DNA of 64,000 bases from Octopus sinensis (Eukaryota), in assembly GCF_006345805.1 (NCBI RefSeq), contig NC_043024.1, forward strand, positions 18,724,001-18,788,000, given 5' to 3'. The notes beneath the pieces are model-generated. The model did no database searches. It had not been told where the DNA came from and saw nothing but the letters and a program-made list of their open reading frames with translations. This document shows positions 24,238 through 36,929 of the stretch, piece by piece. The position numbers and the translations under genes are program-made. Every line of letters begins with the position of its first letter. Positions within the stretch are counted from its first letter, which is position 1.

Positions 24238-24655
24238 TCTCTTTTACTTGTTTCAGTCATGTGACTGCAGCCATGCTGGAGCACTGCCTTTAGTCGAGCA
24301 ACTCGACCCCAGGACTTATTCTTTGTAAGCCGAGTACTTATTCTATCGGTCTCTTTTGCTAAACCGCTAAGTTACACGGATGTAAACACACCAGCATCGG
24401 TTGTCAAGTGATGTTGGTGGGGTGGGGGGACAAACACAGACACACAAACATACACATACACACACATATATATATATATATACATATATACGGCGGGCTT
24501 CTTTCAGTTTCCATCTACCAAATCCACTCACAAGGCTTTGGTTGGCTTGAAGCTACAGTAGAAGACACTTGCCCAAGGTGCCACACAGTGGGACTGAACC
24601 CGGAACCATGTAGTTTGTAAGCAAGCTACTTACCACACAGCCATTCCTATGCCTA
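24238..24655 (-). mobile_element. SINE family A copy
   Basis: Match to family A. Confidence 0.9.
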
Positions 24656-25009
24656 CTTAGTTAATGATAATGAAAACATAATAATACCCACAGCAACAAC
24701 AATAATGATAAGTTGGATATTATTTGTAAAAGAAAAATTCAAAACTCATATTGCAAGTGGAAGATTGATGAATGAGGATAAAAGACATTTCACAATGTTA
24801 TTCCAAGAAGATATTTCACGAAGACGTTTACCATTTTTGTCTTGTTACAGAATTTATAAATCCTGAAAGAAAAAAAATGAAAAAAGGAAGATATTTTTAT
24901 TGTTGTTAGTATTTCTTCAGAAAATATTGTCATATTCATTCATGTGTATATATAAGCATCATCAATGTATTATATATCCAAAAAAAAAAGCACATTCTAA
25001 AGAATTATT

Positions 25010-25545
25010 GAAACACAGAGCATCTCAACAGAAATATTGGTAATGAAAGGGTGGACTACATTACTGTTGTTAACCGTTTCATTGCCAATATTTCTGTTGA
25101 GATGCTCTGTGTTTCTTTCAATTAATTTTAAATTTAGCAAAGAATTTAATAAAATAATTTAGTTATCATTCAGCTAGTTTTAGGGACATAAATTGTGACC
25201 AAGGTTTGGTGGAAGATTTTAATTCAAAACTTATGAAAACAAGACATTTGTACTACAGAGCCAGAAGTGGTTTCAGTTGGGTTGGTAACGAAAGGGTTCA
25301 GAATTGTTTCTCTATTATATATTTTAACCCTCTTGTTACCATATTTCTGTTGAGATGCTCTGTGTTTCTTTTAATTAATTTTAAATATAACAAAGAATTT
25401 AGTAAAATAACTTGGTTATCATTCAGCTAGTGTTAGGAAGATAAATTGTGACTAAGGTTTGGTGGAAGATTTTAATTCAAAACTTATGGAAACAAGACAT
25501 TTGTATTACAGAGCCAGATGCAGTTTCAGGCAGGTTGGCATCAAA
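25010..25545. mobile_element. Two tandem ~230-bp TTAA-type MITE copies with an inverted head fragment
   Basis: 25070-25300 resembles 25322-25545; 25010-25050 is the reverse complement of 25077-25117. The same family recurs at 63080-63420 and 63900-64000. Confidence 0.7.
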
Positions 25546-25873
25546 AGGATTCAGTCTATGTCCAGTCATGGAGTATAGTGGACCAATGATTTCACCTCCA
25601 TAAAAGGCTTAGACCCCATGGATGTCTCATCAGGCTCTAAAGCCAAAGACAAGTGTAACTCTTCCTCTCTGGGAAGCAAGAACCCATTACGGTCGGTTCG
25701 TCAGTAAGTCACCAAAGAATAAACACTCCAGGGTGGCAAGGATGAGTTGTCTCCCTTAGAACAGTTCATCTGGGTCAAAAGAGGGGGAACAGGGAAATAG
25801 ACTTAATTACATATAAATATGACTATATCTATATACATATGTGTACATGTGTATATGTATGTGTGTGTGTGCA

Positions 25874-27070
25874 TACAACATAGATAAGGTATTTGAGAGC
25901 ATTCATTTTTTGGGTCATTGCTGCATTTTTTGCAAACTCTGTTTAATCTTTGTTTCAGAAAATAATAATGGTAGATCCTCATCTTACTCAAGAAATGAAG
26001 AGGCATGCTCTTACTGTGGTTATAAGAGTTGCTCATAGCGATTTAGAAATATCTCAATTTTTAAATGTTGCCAGATCTTTCATCTACAAAGTTTCTAAGG
26101 AGCTAGAGACTGAAGATGGAAACATAACACCAGTATAAAAGCATAAGAAGCATTCTAAATGCTCTGAAATCATCAGAACACCTGAATTTATCCAGCAAGT
26201 TTCACAGGCCATTAATTACAATCTCAGAAAATCCATGAGATCAATTGCAATAGATCTCCATGTGTCAGAAGGAACAGTCAGAAATGTTGTCCATGAAAAC
26301 ATTAGATGTAAATCTTATATGATGAGGAAAGGTCAGTTTGTCAGAAAAATCAAAAGAAAATCACTACATCAGATCTAAAAGTCTCTTAAACAAACTAAAA
26401 AATCCAGCAGAAGATTTGATTTGGTTTTTCTCAACTGAGAAAAACTTCAAACAAGATCAAAAAGTTAACAGAAGAAATGACCGATGGTTATGTACAGACC
26501 CTTCTGAAGTTCCAAGTGTTATGCATACAAAATTTCCTGCAACTGTCATGATTTTAGGGGTTATCAGCAATGAAGGACATGTGACGCCTCTTTACTTCTT
26601 TCCACAAAGCCTTAGAGTTAACTCTACTGCCTTCAGTGAGATCCTGCAAATAATTGTTAAACCCTGGATAGACAGTGTATGCAATGGAAGGCCATATGTG
26701 TTTCAGTAAGACTCTGCACTATCACACATGACTCTAGTAACACAGGAATGGATGGCTGAAAAGTTTCATGATCACATAACCCCTAACATTTGGACTCTTA
26801 ATTCCCCAGATCTCAATTCATTGGACTATTACATGTGGAGCGTTGTTGAGAGAGTGGTCAATGAACACACCCATAATACCAAAGATACTGTGAATGCTGC
26901 CATAGTCAGAGTAATGTCCAAAATGAACCAAGACCACTTGTTTTGAACATGTAGATGATTTACATCTCATATAGAAGCAGTTATTGAAGCTGAAGGTTGC
27001 TTTATTGAATAACTTTATAGAAACGGAAGTTTATCTTTATCCTCATAGCATTTTTTGATAAATAAAGTTC

Positions 27071-27103
<33 letters not shown>

Positions 27104-27320
27104 GTTTAACATCTGCTTTCCATGCTAGCATGGGTTGGACGATTTGACTGAGGGCTGGCAAACCAGATGGCTGCACCAGGCTCCAATCTTGGTCTGGCAG
27201 AGTTTCTACTGCTGGATGCCCTTCCTATAATGCCAACCACTCTGGAAGTTATTATCTGTTATTATATATCTGCTTTTTTATAGACATAAATCTACCCTCA
27301 AATATCTTATGCACCCTGTA
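25874..27320 (+). mobile_element. Full-length decayed Tc1/mariner DD37D (maT-type) transposon
   Basis: Motifs FFS[T]EKNF, YVFQ*DSA and NSPDLNSLDYYMW, with 37 residues between the second and third D (counted). Degenerate TIRs and TA flanks. An RTE tail is inserted at 27071-27240. Confidence 0.85.
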
Positions 27321-27482
27321 TATATGTTCTTTTAGACAGACACAATTGCTTGGTTAAGCATTAGTTGTTTGCTTCTTATTTGTAACTGTTGTTCCAGGTT
27401 CAAATCTAAGTGCATCATTCCACTAAGCATTTTTGTTTATCATAGTTTTAACGTAGTCAGTAGTACATCACTGTCATTGCTG

Positions 27483-27519
<37 letters not shown>

Positions 27520-27529
27520 CATCCACATA

Positions 27530-28420
27530 ATCATAATTGTTGTCATCATTCTTCCCCTCTTTATAATCATTATTGTCATCATTTAGTGCCTGTTTTCCAT
27601 GCTGGATTAGGTTAGACAGTTTAACTAGAACTGGAAACCCAGAGAGCTGCATCAAGCTTCACTCTGATTTGACATGGTTTTCTATGGCTGGATACCCTTC
27701 CTAATGCCAACCACTCCATAGAGTGTACTGGGTGTCTTTTATCTATCACCAACATGGATGCCTTTATATGTCAAAGCATGGGTGCCTTTTACGTGCCACC
27801 GACATGGATCGCTTTTACATGTCACTGACATGGGTGCTTTTGCATGTTACCAGCATGGGTGCCTCTTATGTGACACTGGTACATGTGCCTTTCACATGTC
27901 ACCAGCACAGGTGTCACTTATGTGTCACTGGCACAAGTGCCTTTTACGTGTCACCAGCACAGGTACCGCTCATGTGTCACTGGCACGTGTATCATTTACA
28001 TGTCACCAGTACAGGTGTCTCTCATGTGTCACTGGCACAGGTGCCTTTTACATATTACCAGCATAGGTGCCTCTTATGTGTCACGGGCACAAGTACCTTT
28101 TAGATGCCACCAGCACAGGTGTCACTTATGTGTCACAGGCACATGTGCCTTTCACATGTCACCAGCACAGGTGCCTTTTATGCATCATTGGCACAAGTAT
28201 CCTTTTACATGTCACCAGCACAGGTACCGCTTATGTGTCACTGGCACCTGTATCTTTTACATGTCACCAGTACAGGTGTCTCTCATGTGTCACTGGCACA
28301 GGTGCCTTTTATATGTCACCAGCATAGGTGCCTCACACATGTCACCAGGACAGGCCATGACTATGGTTCCACTAAGCTTGACATGTCTTCTCAAGCACAG
28401 TAAATTGCCGTGCTTAATTG
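27530..28420 (-). mobile_element. RTE 3' UTR-derived element containing a ~620-bp minisatellite (27725-28350)
   Basis: Shared RTE tail motifs flank repeats of tgtcaccagcacaggtg / tgtcactggcac. Confidence 0.8.
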
Positions 28421-29042
28421 GCAAAAGATGACCATCCATAAGTCGAATGATATATTTTCTTATTTTGCTAAAGGATTCAATTTTTGCGAGCAAATTGTAA
28501 AATTTTCAGGTTGTCGATAGAATATTTTTTTATGTGTATTTTAACAGAAAAACTAATGTATGATAATAAATGGTTATTTTATTGAACCCAGAGAATATTT
28601 TAATTTTTGTCAAAGAGAAAAAAGAGAATAAATTTGCAGTTAATAAACACTAATATTTTTATGGAGTTTATTATACAAATGTACGAACCAGGTCACTTTT
28701 GAAAAGCAATTTTTTAGAAATATTATTTATTATCATAAATTTTTGTTCAGAAATTGTTTTCATTAGAAATAATCAAATGTTGAATATTCTTACAAAAAAT
28801 TTAAAGATAATTTGATTAATTTAAAACGATATTTAACAATTTATTATTATTTGTTAAATTTTGTAAATTTTATTGTTATTAAACATTTTTACACTTTTTC
28901 ACAAGTGACCTGTATATATTAATAACCATTTGATACAAAATTGCAATAAATATTTTTCGTTTTTTATTAAGACTATTTATGGATGAGAAAAATTACAGAA
29001 AATTAAGAAAAATTAAGGAAGAGCTAAAAAAAGTTCAGAATT

Positions 29043-29445
29043 AGGTGCAGGAGTGGCTGTGTGGTAAGTAGCTTGCTAACCAACCACATGGTTCCGGGTT
29101 CAGTCCCACTGCGTGGCATCTTGGGCAAGTGTCTTCTGCTATAGCCCCGGGCTGATCAATGCCTTGTGAGTGGATTTGGTAGACGGAAACTGAAAGAAGC
29201 CCATCGTATATATGTATATATATATATGTGTGTGTGTGTTTGTGTGTCTATGTTTGTCCCCCTAGCATTGCTTGACAACCGATGCTAGTGTGTTTACGTC
29301 CCCATCACTTAGCAGTTCGGCAAAAGAGACCAATAGAATAAGTACTAGGCTTACAAAGTCCCGGGGTCGAATTGCTCGACTAAAGGCGGTGCTCCAGCAT
29401 GGCCGCAGTCAAATGACTGAAACAAGTAAAAAGAGTAAAAAGAGT
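29043..29445 (+). mobile_element. SINE family A copy
   Basis: Match to family A. Confidence 0.9.
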
Positions 29446-29489
29446 AATTAGTTTTATGATGTCTTATGATTAATGATCAACTTAAGGAA

Positions 29490-30570
29490 GTAAGTTGTCA
29501 GACAAAATGCTCTTTATGTTTTTGGTTCAAATTCTGTGAAGGTCGACTTTGCCTTTCACCCTTTCAAGGTCAATTAAATAAATTACCAGTTGAATACTGA
29601 GAGCTATGTAATTGACGAGACCTCTCCCCTGAAATTGCTGGCCTTGTGCCAAAATTTGAAACCAATATTAGTCATCACTTGAAGCAACAAGCTGGCAGAA
29701 TTGTTAACACACTGGGCGAAATGCTTACCGATATTTCATTTGCTGTTACGTTCTGAGTTCAAATTCCACTGAGGTCGACTTTGCCTTTCATCCTTTCGGG
29801 GTTGATAAATTAAGTACCAGTTGTACACTGGGGTCGATGTAATCGACTTAATTCCTTTGTCTGTTCTTGTTTGTCCCCTCTATGTTTAGCCCCTTGTGGA
29901 TAATAAAGAAATAAGAAACGTTCCAGCGTTAGGCAAAATATTTAGCAGTATTTCTTCTAAATTTATATTCTGAGTTCAAATGCTGCCGTGATCAACTTTA
30001 CTTTTCATTGATTCAGGGTCGATAAAATAAATATCAGTTAAGCACCGGGGACGATGTAACCGATTAACGCCCTGGGCCGAAATCACTGACCTTCTGCCAA
30101 AATTTAAAACTTATATCATTATTATTTATATTGTTTATATTATTAAGGCGGCCAGTTGGCAGAAACGTTAGCACGCCGGGTGAAATGCATATCTGTATTT
30201 CGTCTGCCGTTACGTTCTGAGTTCAAATTCCGCTGAGGTCGACTTTCCCTTTCATCCTTTCGGGGTTGATAAATTAAGTACCAGTTGTGCACTGGGGTCG
30301 ATGTAATCAACTTAATCCGTTTCTCTGTCCTAGTTTGTCCCCTCTATGTTTAGCCCCTTGTGGGCAATAAAGAAATAAGAATTGTTAACACACCAGGCAA
30401 AATGCTTAGTGGTATATTATCTGTCTTCACATTCTGAGTTCAAATTCTGTGAAGGTCGACTTTGCCTTTTACCCTTTCAGGGTCAATGAAATAAATTACC
30501 AGTTGAATGCTGGGATCTATGTACTTGACTAGATTGCTCCACTGAAATTGCTGGCCTTGTGCCTGTAATG
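29490..30570 (+). mobile_element. Head-to-tail chain of about 6 full and partial SINE family B copies
   Basis: The block gagttcaaattc..ggtcgactttgcctttcatcctttcggggt recurs about every 170-250 bp; full copies at about 29685-29915 and 30145-30378. Confidence 0.85.
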
Positions 30571-30690
30571 GAAAGGATTATTAGTCATAAACTTAAAGCA
30601 TAATCTAAACACACACTTCAAATGTAGTCCACCAGCTCAAAATATAGTCGTTGAAGCTGACGTAAGATGTATTCTAAGACACTAGCTTAA

Positions 30691-30911
30691 CCCTTTAGTG
30701 TTCGCATTATTCTGCCAAAATTAATCCTTTTTTATCCACATTGCTTTGAACTAATCATGCATTATCTTGTAGCTATGAGATTTTGATGAGGTAACTGTTA
30801 ATTTTTAAAATGATATTGTAGGGTTGGTGTGAGAGACCAGATCTGGCCAGTTTGAACATAAAACAGGCAGAATACTTCTGGCCGGATATGGCCAGTTTAA
30901 ATGCTAAAGGG
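30691..30911. mobile_element. piggyBac-type MITE (TTAA|CCCTTTAG...CTAAAGGG|TTAA)
   Basis: Exact terminal inverted octamers with TTAA on both sides. Confidence 0.75.
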
Positions 30912-31129
30912 TTAAAATGTAGTTTTAGACACAGGCTGAAAACATAATCTTAACCTTTTAGCTTTTAAACTGGCCCAATCTGGCTCAAATATTCTTCCTG
31001 CTTTATATCCAAACTGGACAGATCCAACCTGCCAAACCTGCTCCACTAAGTTCTTAAAAAAATATACAGTCACATTATCAAAGTCTCAAGGCTTTGAGAT
31101 GTATAGTAGGCTGCTATAAGTCCTGAGAG

Positions 31130-31345
31130 GTCATAGATCTGCACTCAAAGAAAGCATGTCAGCTTCTGATGATGGTGCAGCATCTGCTGTGGCTGTGGGG
31201 GCTCACACAGGTGTGGCAGTCATGCGTCCAGTGACTGCATTTAAAGGAGCTCTCTGTAAGGGCTACAAGTTTTTCCTTCCATCAAGTGCCCTTTTCTCTG
31301 GAGGCGAGTTCCTGTTTTTCCTCCCTTTACTTCATCTCCTTTTTC
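31130..31345 (-). mobile_element. RTE ORF C-terminal fragment (CCHC-like finger, decayed)
   Basis: SSFKCSHWTHDCHTCVSPHSHSRCC resembles the RTE terminal zinc-finger motif. Confidence 0.6.
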
Positions 31346-31365
31346 AGTACGATAATGCATGACTA

Positions 31366-31706
31366 ATTCATCATCATCATCATCATCATCATCATTTAGC
31401 GTCCGTTTTCCATGCTAGCATGGGTTGGACGGTTCAACTGGGGTCTGGGAAGCCAGAAGGCTGCATCAGGCCCAGTCTGATCTGGCAGTGTTTCTACAGC
31501 TGGATGCCCTTCCTAACACCAACCACTCCGTGAGTGTAGTGGGTGCTTTTTACGTGCCGGTGTTAGGAAGGGCATCCAGCTGTAGAAACTCTGCCAAATT
31601 AAGATTGGAGACTGGTGCAGCCATCTGGTTCGCCAGCCCTCAGTCAAAATCGTCCAACCCATGCTAGCATGGAAAGCGGACGTTAAACGATGATGATGAT
31701 GATGAT
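31366..31706. mobile_element. Two RTE 3' tails in inverted orientation (minus 31366-31560, plus 31561-31706)
   Basis: (CAT)n start and (GAT)n end with complementary bodies. Confidence 0.8.
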
Positions 31707-32149
31707 TTGACAGAATAATCTGAATGCTAAATGGTTAACTTAGCCATATTTGGCCCAAATGCTCTGTTTTGTGTTCAAACTGGCCAGATCCAGCCTTTCA
31801 TACCTACCTTACAATATCATTTTTAAAATATGTAATCACATCATCAAAATCCAGAAGCTATAAGATAATACAGGATTAATGCAAAGGAATGTGAATAAAT
31901 AAATATTACATTTGACAGAATAATCTGAAAGCTAAAGGGTTAACATAGCCATATTTAGCCCAATTACTCTCCTTGTTTTGTGTTCAAACTGGCCAGATCC
32001 AGCCTTTCATACCTACCTTACAATATAATTCTTAAAATATATAATCACATCATCAAAATCTTGAAGCTATGACATAATTCATGGTTGATTCAAAACATGA
32101 ATAGATAAGCATTAGATTTGACAGAGTAATCTGAATGCTAAGGGGTTAA

Positions 32150-33295
32150 ACATTAACTATCAATTGTAGACACCAACTTACAATATAATCTTAGATAGTC
32201 TTAAAACATATTTCTTGTCATGAACTTAAAATGCAATCTTAAACACCATCTAAAACTTAGTATTAAGGCATCAACTTAAAGTGTAGTCTCAGACACAATC
32301 TTAAAACACAATCTTAGGTACTAAATTAAAACAGAGTTTTAGATATCATCTTCAGACATAGTCCTTGACACCATCTTAAAACATAATTTTAAGGCACCAA
32401 CTTAAAATGTGGTTTTAAGACACCAACTTAAAATGCAGTCATAGATATAATCTTAGAACATAGTCCTTGACACCATCTTAAAACGTGGTTTTAAGACACT
32501 GACTTAAAATGTAGTTTTAAGAGACTGACTTAAAATGTAGTCTTAGATATCGTCTTAAAACATAGTCCTTGACACCATCTTAAAACGTGGTTTTAAGACA
32601 CTGATTTAAAATATAGTTTTAAGAGACTGACTTAAAATGTAGTCAGATATAATCTTAAAACAGTCATTGACACCAACTAAAAACACAGTTTTAAGACACC
32701 AACTTAAAATGTAGTCTTAGATATCATCTTAAAACATAGTCCTTGACTCCATCTTAAAACGTGGTTTTAAGACACTGACTTAAAATGTAGTTTTAAGAGA
32801 CTGACTTTAAATGTAGTCAGATATAATCTTAAAACAGTCATTGACTCCACTTAAAACACAGTTTTAAGACACCAACTTAAAATGCAGTCTTAGATATCAT
32901 CTTAAAACATAGTCCTTGACTCCATCTTAAAACGTGGTTTTAAGACACTGATTTAAAATGTAGTTTTAAGAGACTGACTTAAAATGTAGTTAGATATCAT
33001 CTTAAAACATAGTCTTTGACACCATCTTAAAACGTGGTTTTAAGACACTGATTTAAAATGTAGTTTTAAGAGACTAACTTAAAATGTAGTCAGATATAGT
33101 CTTAAAACAGTCATTGACAACACTTAAAACACAGTTTTAAGACACCTACTTAAAATGTAGTTTAAGTGACAGACTTAAAATATAGTCTTAGATGACAACT
33201 TAAAAATGCAGTCTTAGGTATGAACTTAAAGTATAGTCTAGACATGATCTTAAAACAGTCTTAGACACCAACTTAAAAAACGTAGTCTAAGACAA
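32150..33295. repeat. AT-rich satellite of ~22-25-bp monomers with higher-order units
   Basis: Monomer resembles acttaaaatgtagtcttagacacc. The marker catagtc(c/t)ttgac occurs at 32459, 32561, 32735, 32908 and 33008. Confidence 0.9.
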
Positions 33296-33774
33296 TTGCA
33301 TAGAGAGGATAGGCTGGTCTTTGCTAGAATGATTCTGATCAAAGTGTTCACTCATTCATGTTTAACCCAGGACTAATCAACAACATCCATCTATACAGAC
33401 TGCCTCTTGTTCTACAGACTGACTCTGTCTTCTTCTCTGCAAGAAATATTCTTAAGCCAATGAGATATATTTTCCATGCGGTTGAGCAAAAATTGGGGAA
33501 AAACCAAAACAAAATAATAATAATAATAAGACTCAAAAGAAGATCATTGATTTAATATTGATAGCGAATTGCTCTTCTGTGAGCGAAGATTATGAATTTA
33601 GTGGCTTTCGTTTGTACATTTTGTTTTGTTTTGTGTGTTTTTTTTTTCTTCTCTTTTTGTCTATATTTCGAGTAGATGAGGCAAAAGTTACTCAACACGC
33701 ATGGCTTATCTATTTCTCCTATCTGGTCAATATTATACAATGAGAGACCATTATTTCATTGGGATTGGTGACGG

Positions 33775-33814
33775 TAATGATGATGATGATGATGATGATG
33801 ATTATGATAATGAC

Positions 33815-33858
<44 letters not shown>

Positions 33859-34082
33859 CGACGATGATGATGATGATGATGACCACAATGATAACGACAA
33901 TGACGACAACGATGATGATGATGATGGTAGTGATGGTGATGACGAGAACAAAGATGACAACAATAATGGTGATGGTGATGATGCTGACGACGATGGCGAT
34001 GATGGTGATGATGATGATGAGGATGATGATTATAAGAACGACATCGACAATGATGATGGTGATGATGATGATGATGATGATT
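33775..34082. repeat. (GAT)n degenerate trinucleotide tract
   Basis: Direct inspection. Confidence 0.95.
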
Positions 34083-34155
34083 GATTTTTCCGATTCAGTG
34101 AAAGAGGGTGTGCTGGCTTCTATATAGTTTTTCAAACTACAAGCAATCAAATATG

Positions 34156-34198
<43 letters not shown>

Positions 34199-34577
34199 AT
34201 ATATACCAATAACACACACAGAAACACACATATCTATATATATGTTCATGTGTGTGTGTGTGTATATATATATATCTATATATATATATATACATATACA
34301 TATACATAGACATATAGGTATGTAAATATGTATAGATATCTATATATAAAAGATATACACTCACACACACGCATACATATAATTATATATATATATATAT
34401 ATATATGTATCTATATGTATGTATATATATATATATATATATAACATATACATATCATCATCATCATCATCATCATTTAACGTCATGAAACGGACGTTAA
34501 ACGATGATTATATATGTTATATATATGTATATATATATTATATATATATATATATTATATATATATATAATATATAT

Positions 34578-34621
<44 letters not shown>

Positions 34622-35241
34622 ATATAATATATGAATATGATTTTGTAACTACCAAAACAGACCGTTCTTTAATCCGCACAAAAATATTTTGCTACGTATT
34701 TGATAAATGTATATATATATATATATATATATATATGCATGGTGCATGTATATATAAATATGTACATATTTATGCATCTAAGCACACACTTGCAATATGC
34801 ATGTGGTGGTGGTGTTGGTGGTGGTGGTGAGGGTAAAGAACGATAGGTGAACATAACGTTATGATGAAATAACTCCAGATATAATCTCTATTATGTGTTT
34901 TCATCTCATAAAATTGATTTGTTCCGTAGGCATTCTTCCATTGCTGTAACGATTTCCACTCTTACCAACATAAAAGAAATTATCGAAAGACACACACATG
35001 CATAGACGTATGGGTGTGTGTTTGTGTGTGTGTATATGTGTGTGTGTGGTGTGTGTGTGTGTGTGTGTGTATACGCACACATAGATGCATATATATATAC
35101 ACATATATATGTGTATGTGTGTATATATATATATATATTATTACATACAGACACTTATATATGTATATATATATGTATGTGTATATATATATATATATAT
35201 ATGTATGTATCTATCTATCTCTCTATTTATCTATCTATCTA

Positions 35242-35300
<59 letters not shown>

Positions 35301-36541
35301 TATGTATATATATAACATACATATATACATACATACATACACTTATATAGTGTATATATATGTGTGTATATATATATATAGATATATATATGTATGTATG
35401 TATCTATCTATGTATTTATGTATCTATCTATCTATCTATCTATATCTATATATATACATATACACCCACAGATTTATATATATGTGAATGTATCCATACA
35501 TATGTGTTTATATACACTTATATATGTGCATATATATGTATGTATGTATATATAGGAGTGCGTGTGCATATAATGACGTCATTGACAATCCCCTCATGAT
35601 CAATAGTGGTTCTCCGGTGGATGATTTAACTTCTGTGGAATTGCATGTGTTTATATAGGCCAATGCAGTTATCAACAGGCTGGGTATTTGCTAGTGATAT
35701 ATATTTATATACATTTAAGTAAAGGCATACGACCTAGTCTAGTGGTTAGGGTGTTGCATTGATGATTGCTGGGTCATGCATTCAATTCTTGGATCAGGAG
35801 GCATGTTGCGTTTTTGAGCCAAAAAATCGCTTCTCTTTACTCTTTTACTTGTTTCAGTCATTTCACTGCGGCCATGCTGGAGCACCACCTTTAATCAAGC
35901 AACTCGACCCCAAGACTTATTCTTTGTAAGCCTAGTATTTATTCTATCGGTCTCTTTTGCTGAACTGCTAAGTGACGAGGACATAAAAACACCAGCATCA
36001 ATTGTCAAGCAATGCTAGGGGGACAAACACAGACACACAAACATACACGCACACACACACATATATATACATACATATATATGATGGGCTTCTTTCAGTT
36101 TTCGTCTACCAAATCAAAAATATGGAACGATTCACGAATTTGCTTTGTTTACATTGGTCAAGGGCTGTGTGGGAGCCAGCATGTTGAAGAATAGGTTCAA
36201 TGTTTCCTGGGAGTGTAGTAAAAGGCAACTAAAAGAGGTTGATATAGGGTTTGCTCTCTGACATCATTAAAATTTAGCCAGCAGTGACCACCCATACAGA
36301 CTCATGAGTTGGAAGGTTGTTGCCTGAGTGTTGCAAAGATGTTGTCTGCCAGGAGTAGGGAATCACTAACAAATGGTAAATTGCAGCTGTATGCTGTTTC
36401 AGAGCATACCTCCATACCACTATGATATATATGGTTCCAGGTTCAGTCCCACTCTTGATACCTTGGGCAAGTGTCTTCTATGATAGCCTGGAGGTGACCA
36501 ATGCCTTGTGATTGGAATTGGCGGACAAAAATTGAAAGAGC

Positions 36542-36587
<46 letters not shown>

Positions 36588-36588
36588 T

Positions 36589-36622
<34 letters not shown>

Positions 36623-36730
36623 AGACAGATATATATATATAGGAGAGTTTACGAAAAAGACAAAAGAAGAAGACAGGTGGTGTAGAAAACAAACAGATGT
36701 ATTAGTATAGCGCTCAGGAATAGAAAAAGT

Positions 36731-36766
36731 CTTTTACGTTTTGAGCCTACGCTCTTCTACAGAAAG
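36731..36766 (-). ncRNA. Decayed hammerhead motif (CUGUAGA core, G12 lost); same terminal repeat family as 3775-3812
   Basis: CTTT-CTGTAGA-A-GAGC-GTAG-GCTC-AAAACGTA^AAAG; lies 3' of the PLE RT on the same strand. Confidence 0.5.
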
Positions 36767-36929
36767 GGACACAGACAAAAGATATATATATATTTGGATG
36801 AAGATAAGGAGATAGATAAAAATTGTGGCTAAATTACCATCTCATGACCCCCACTGTGATCCACTTCTGCCACTCCAAAATTGTGGTTGTTTTCTTTCTA
36901 AATTTATTCTGCTACAGTAGTAGCAGCAT

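Larger units (their letters stand above)
30950..32149. mobile_element. Chain of TTAA-joined MITE units with nested RTE fragments
   Basis: Units end in gctaaa(t/g)ggttaa at 31738, 31943 and 32149; 31739-31939 resembles 31944-32145. Confidence 0.7.
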
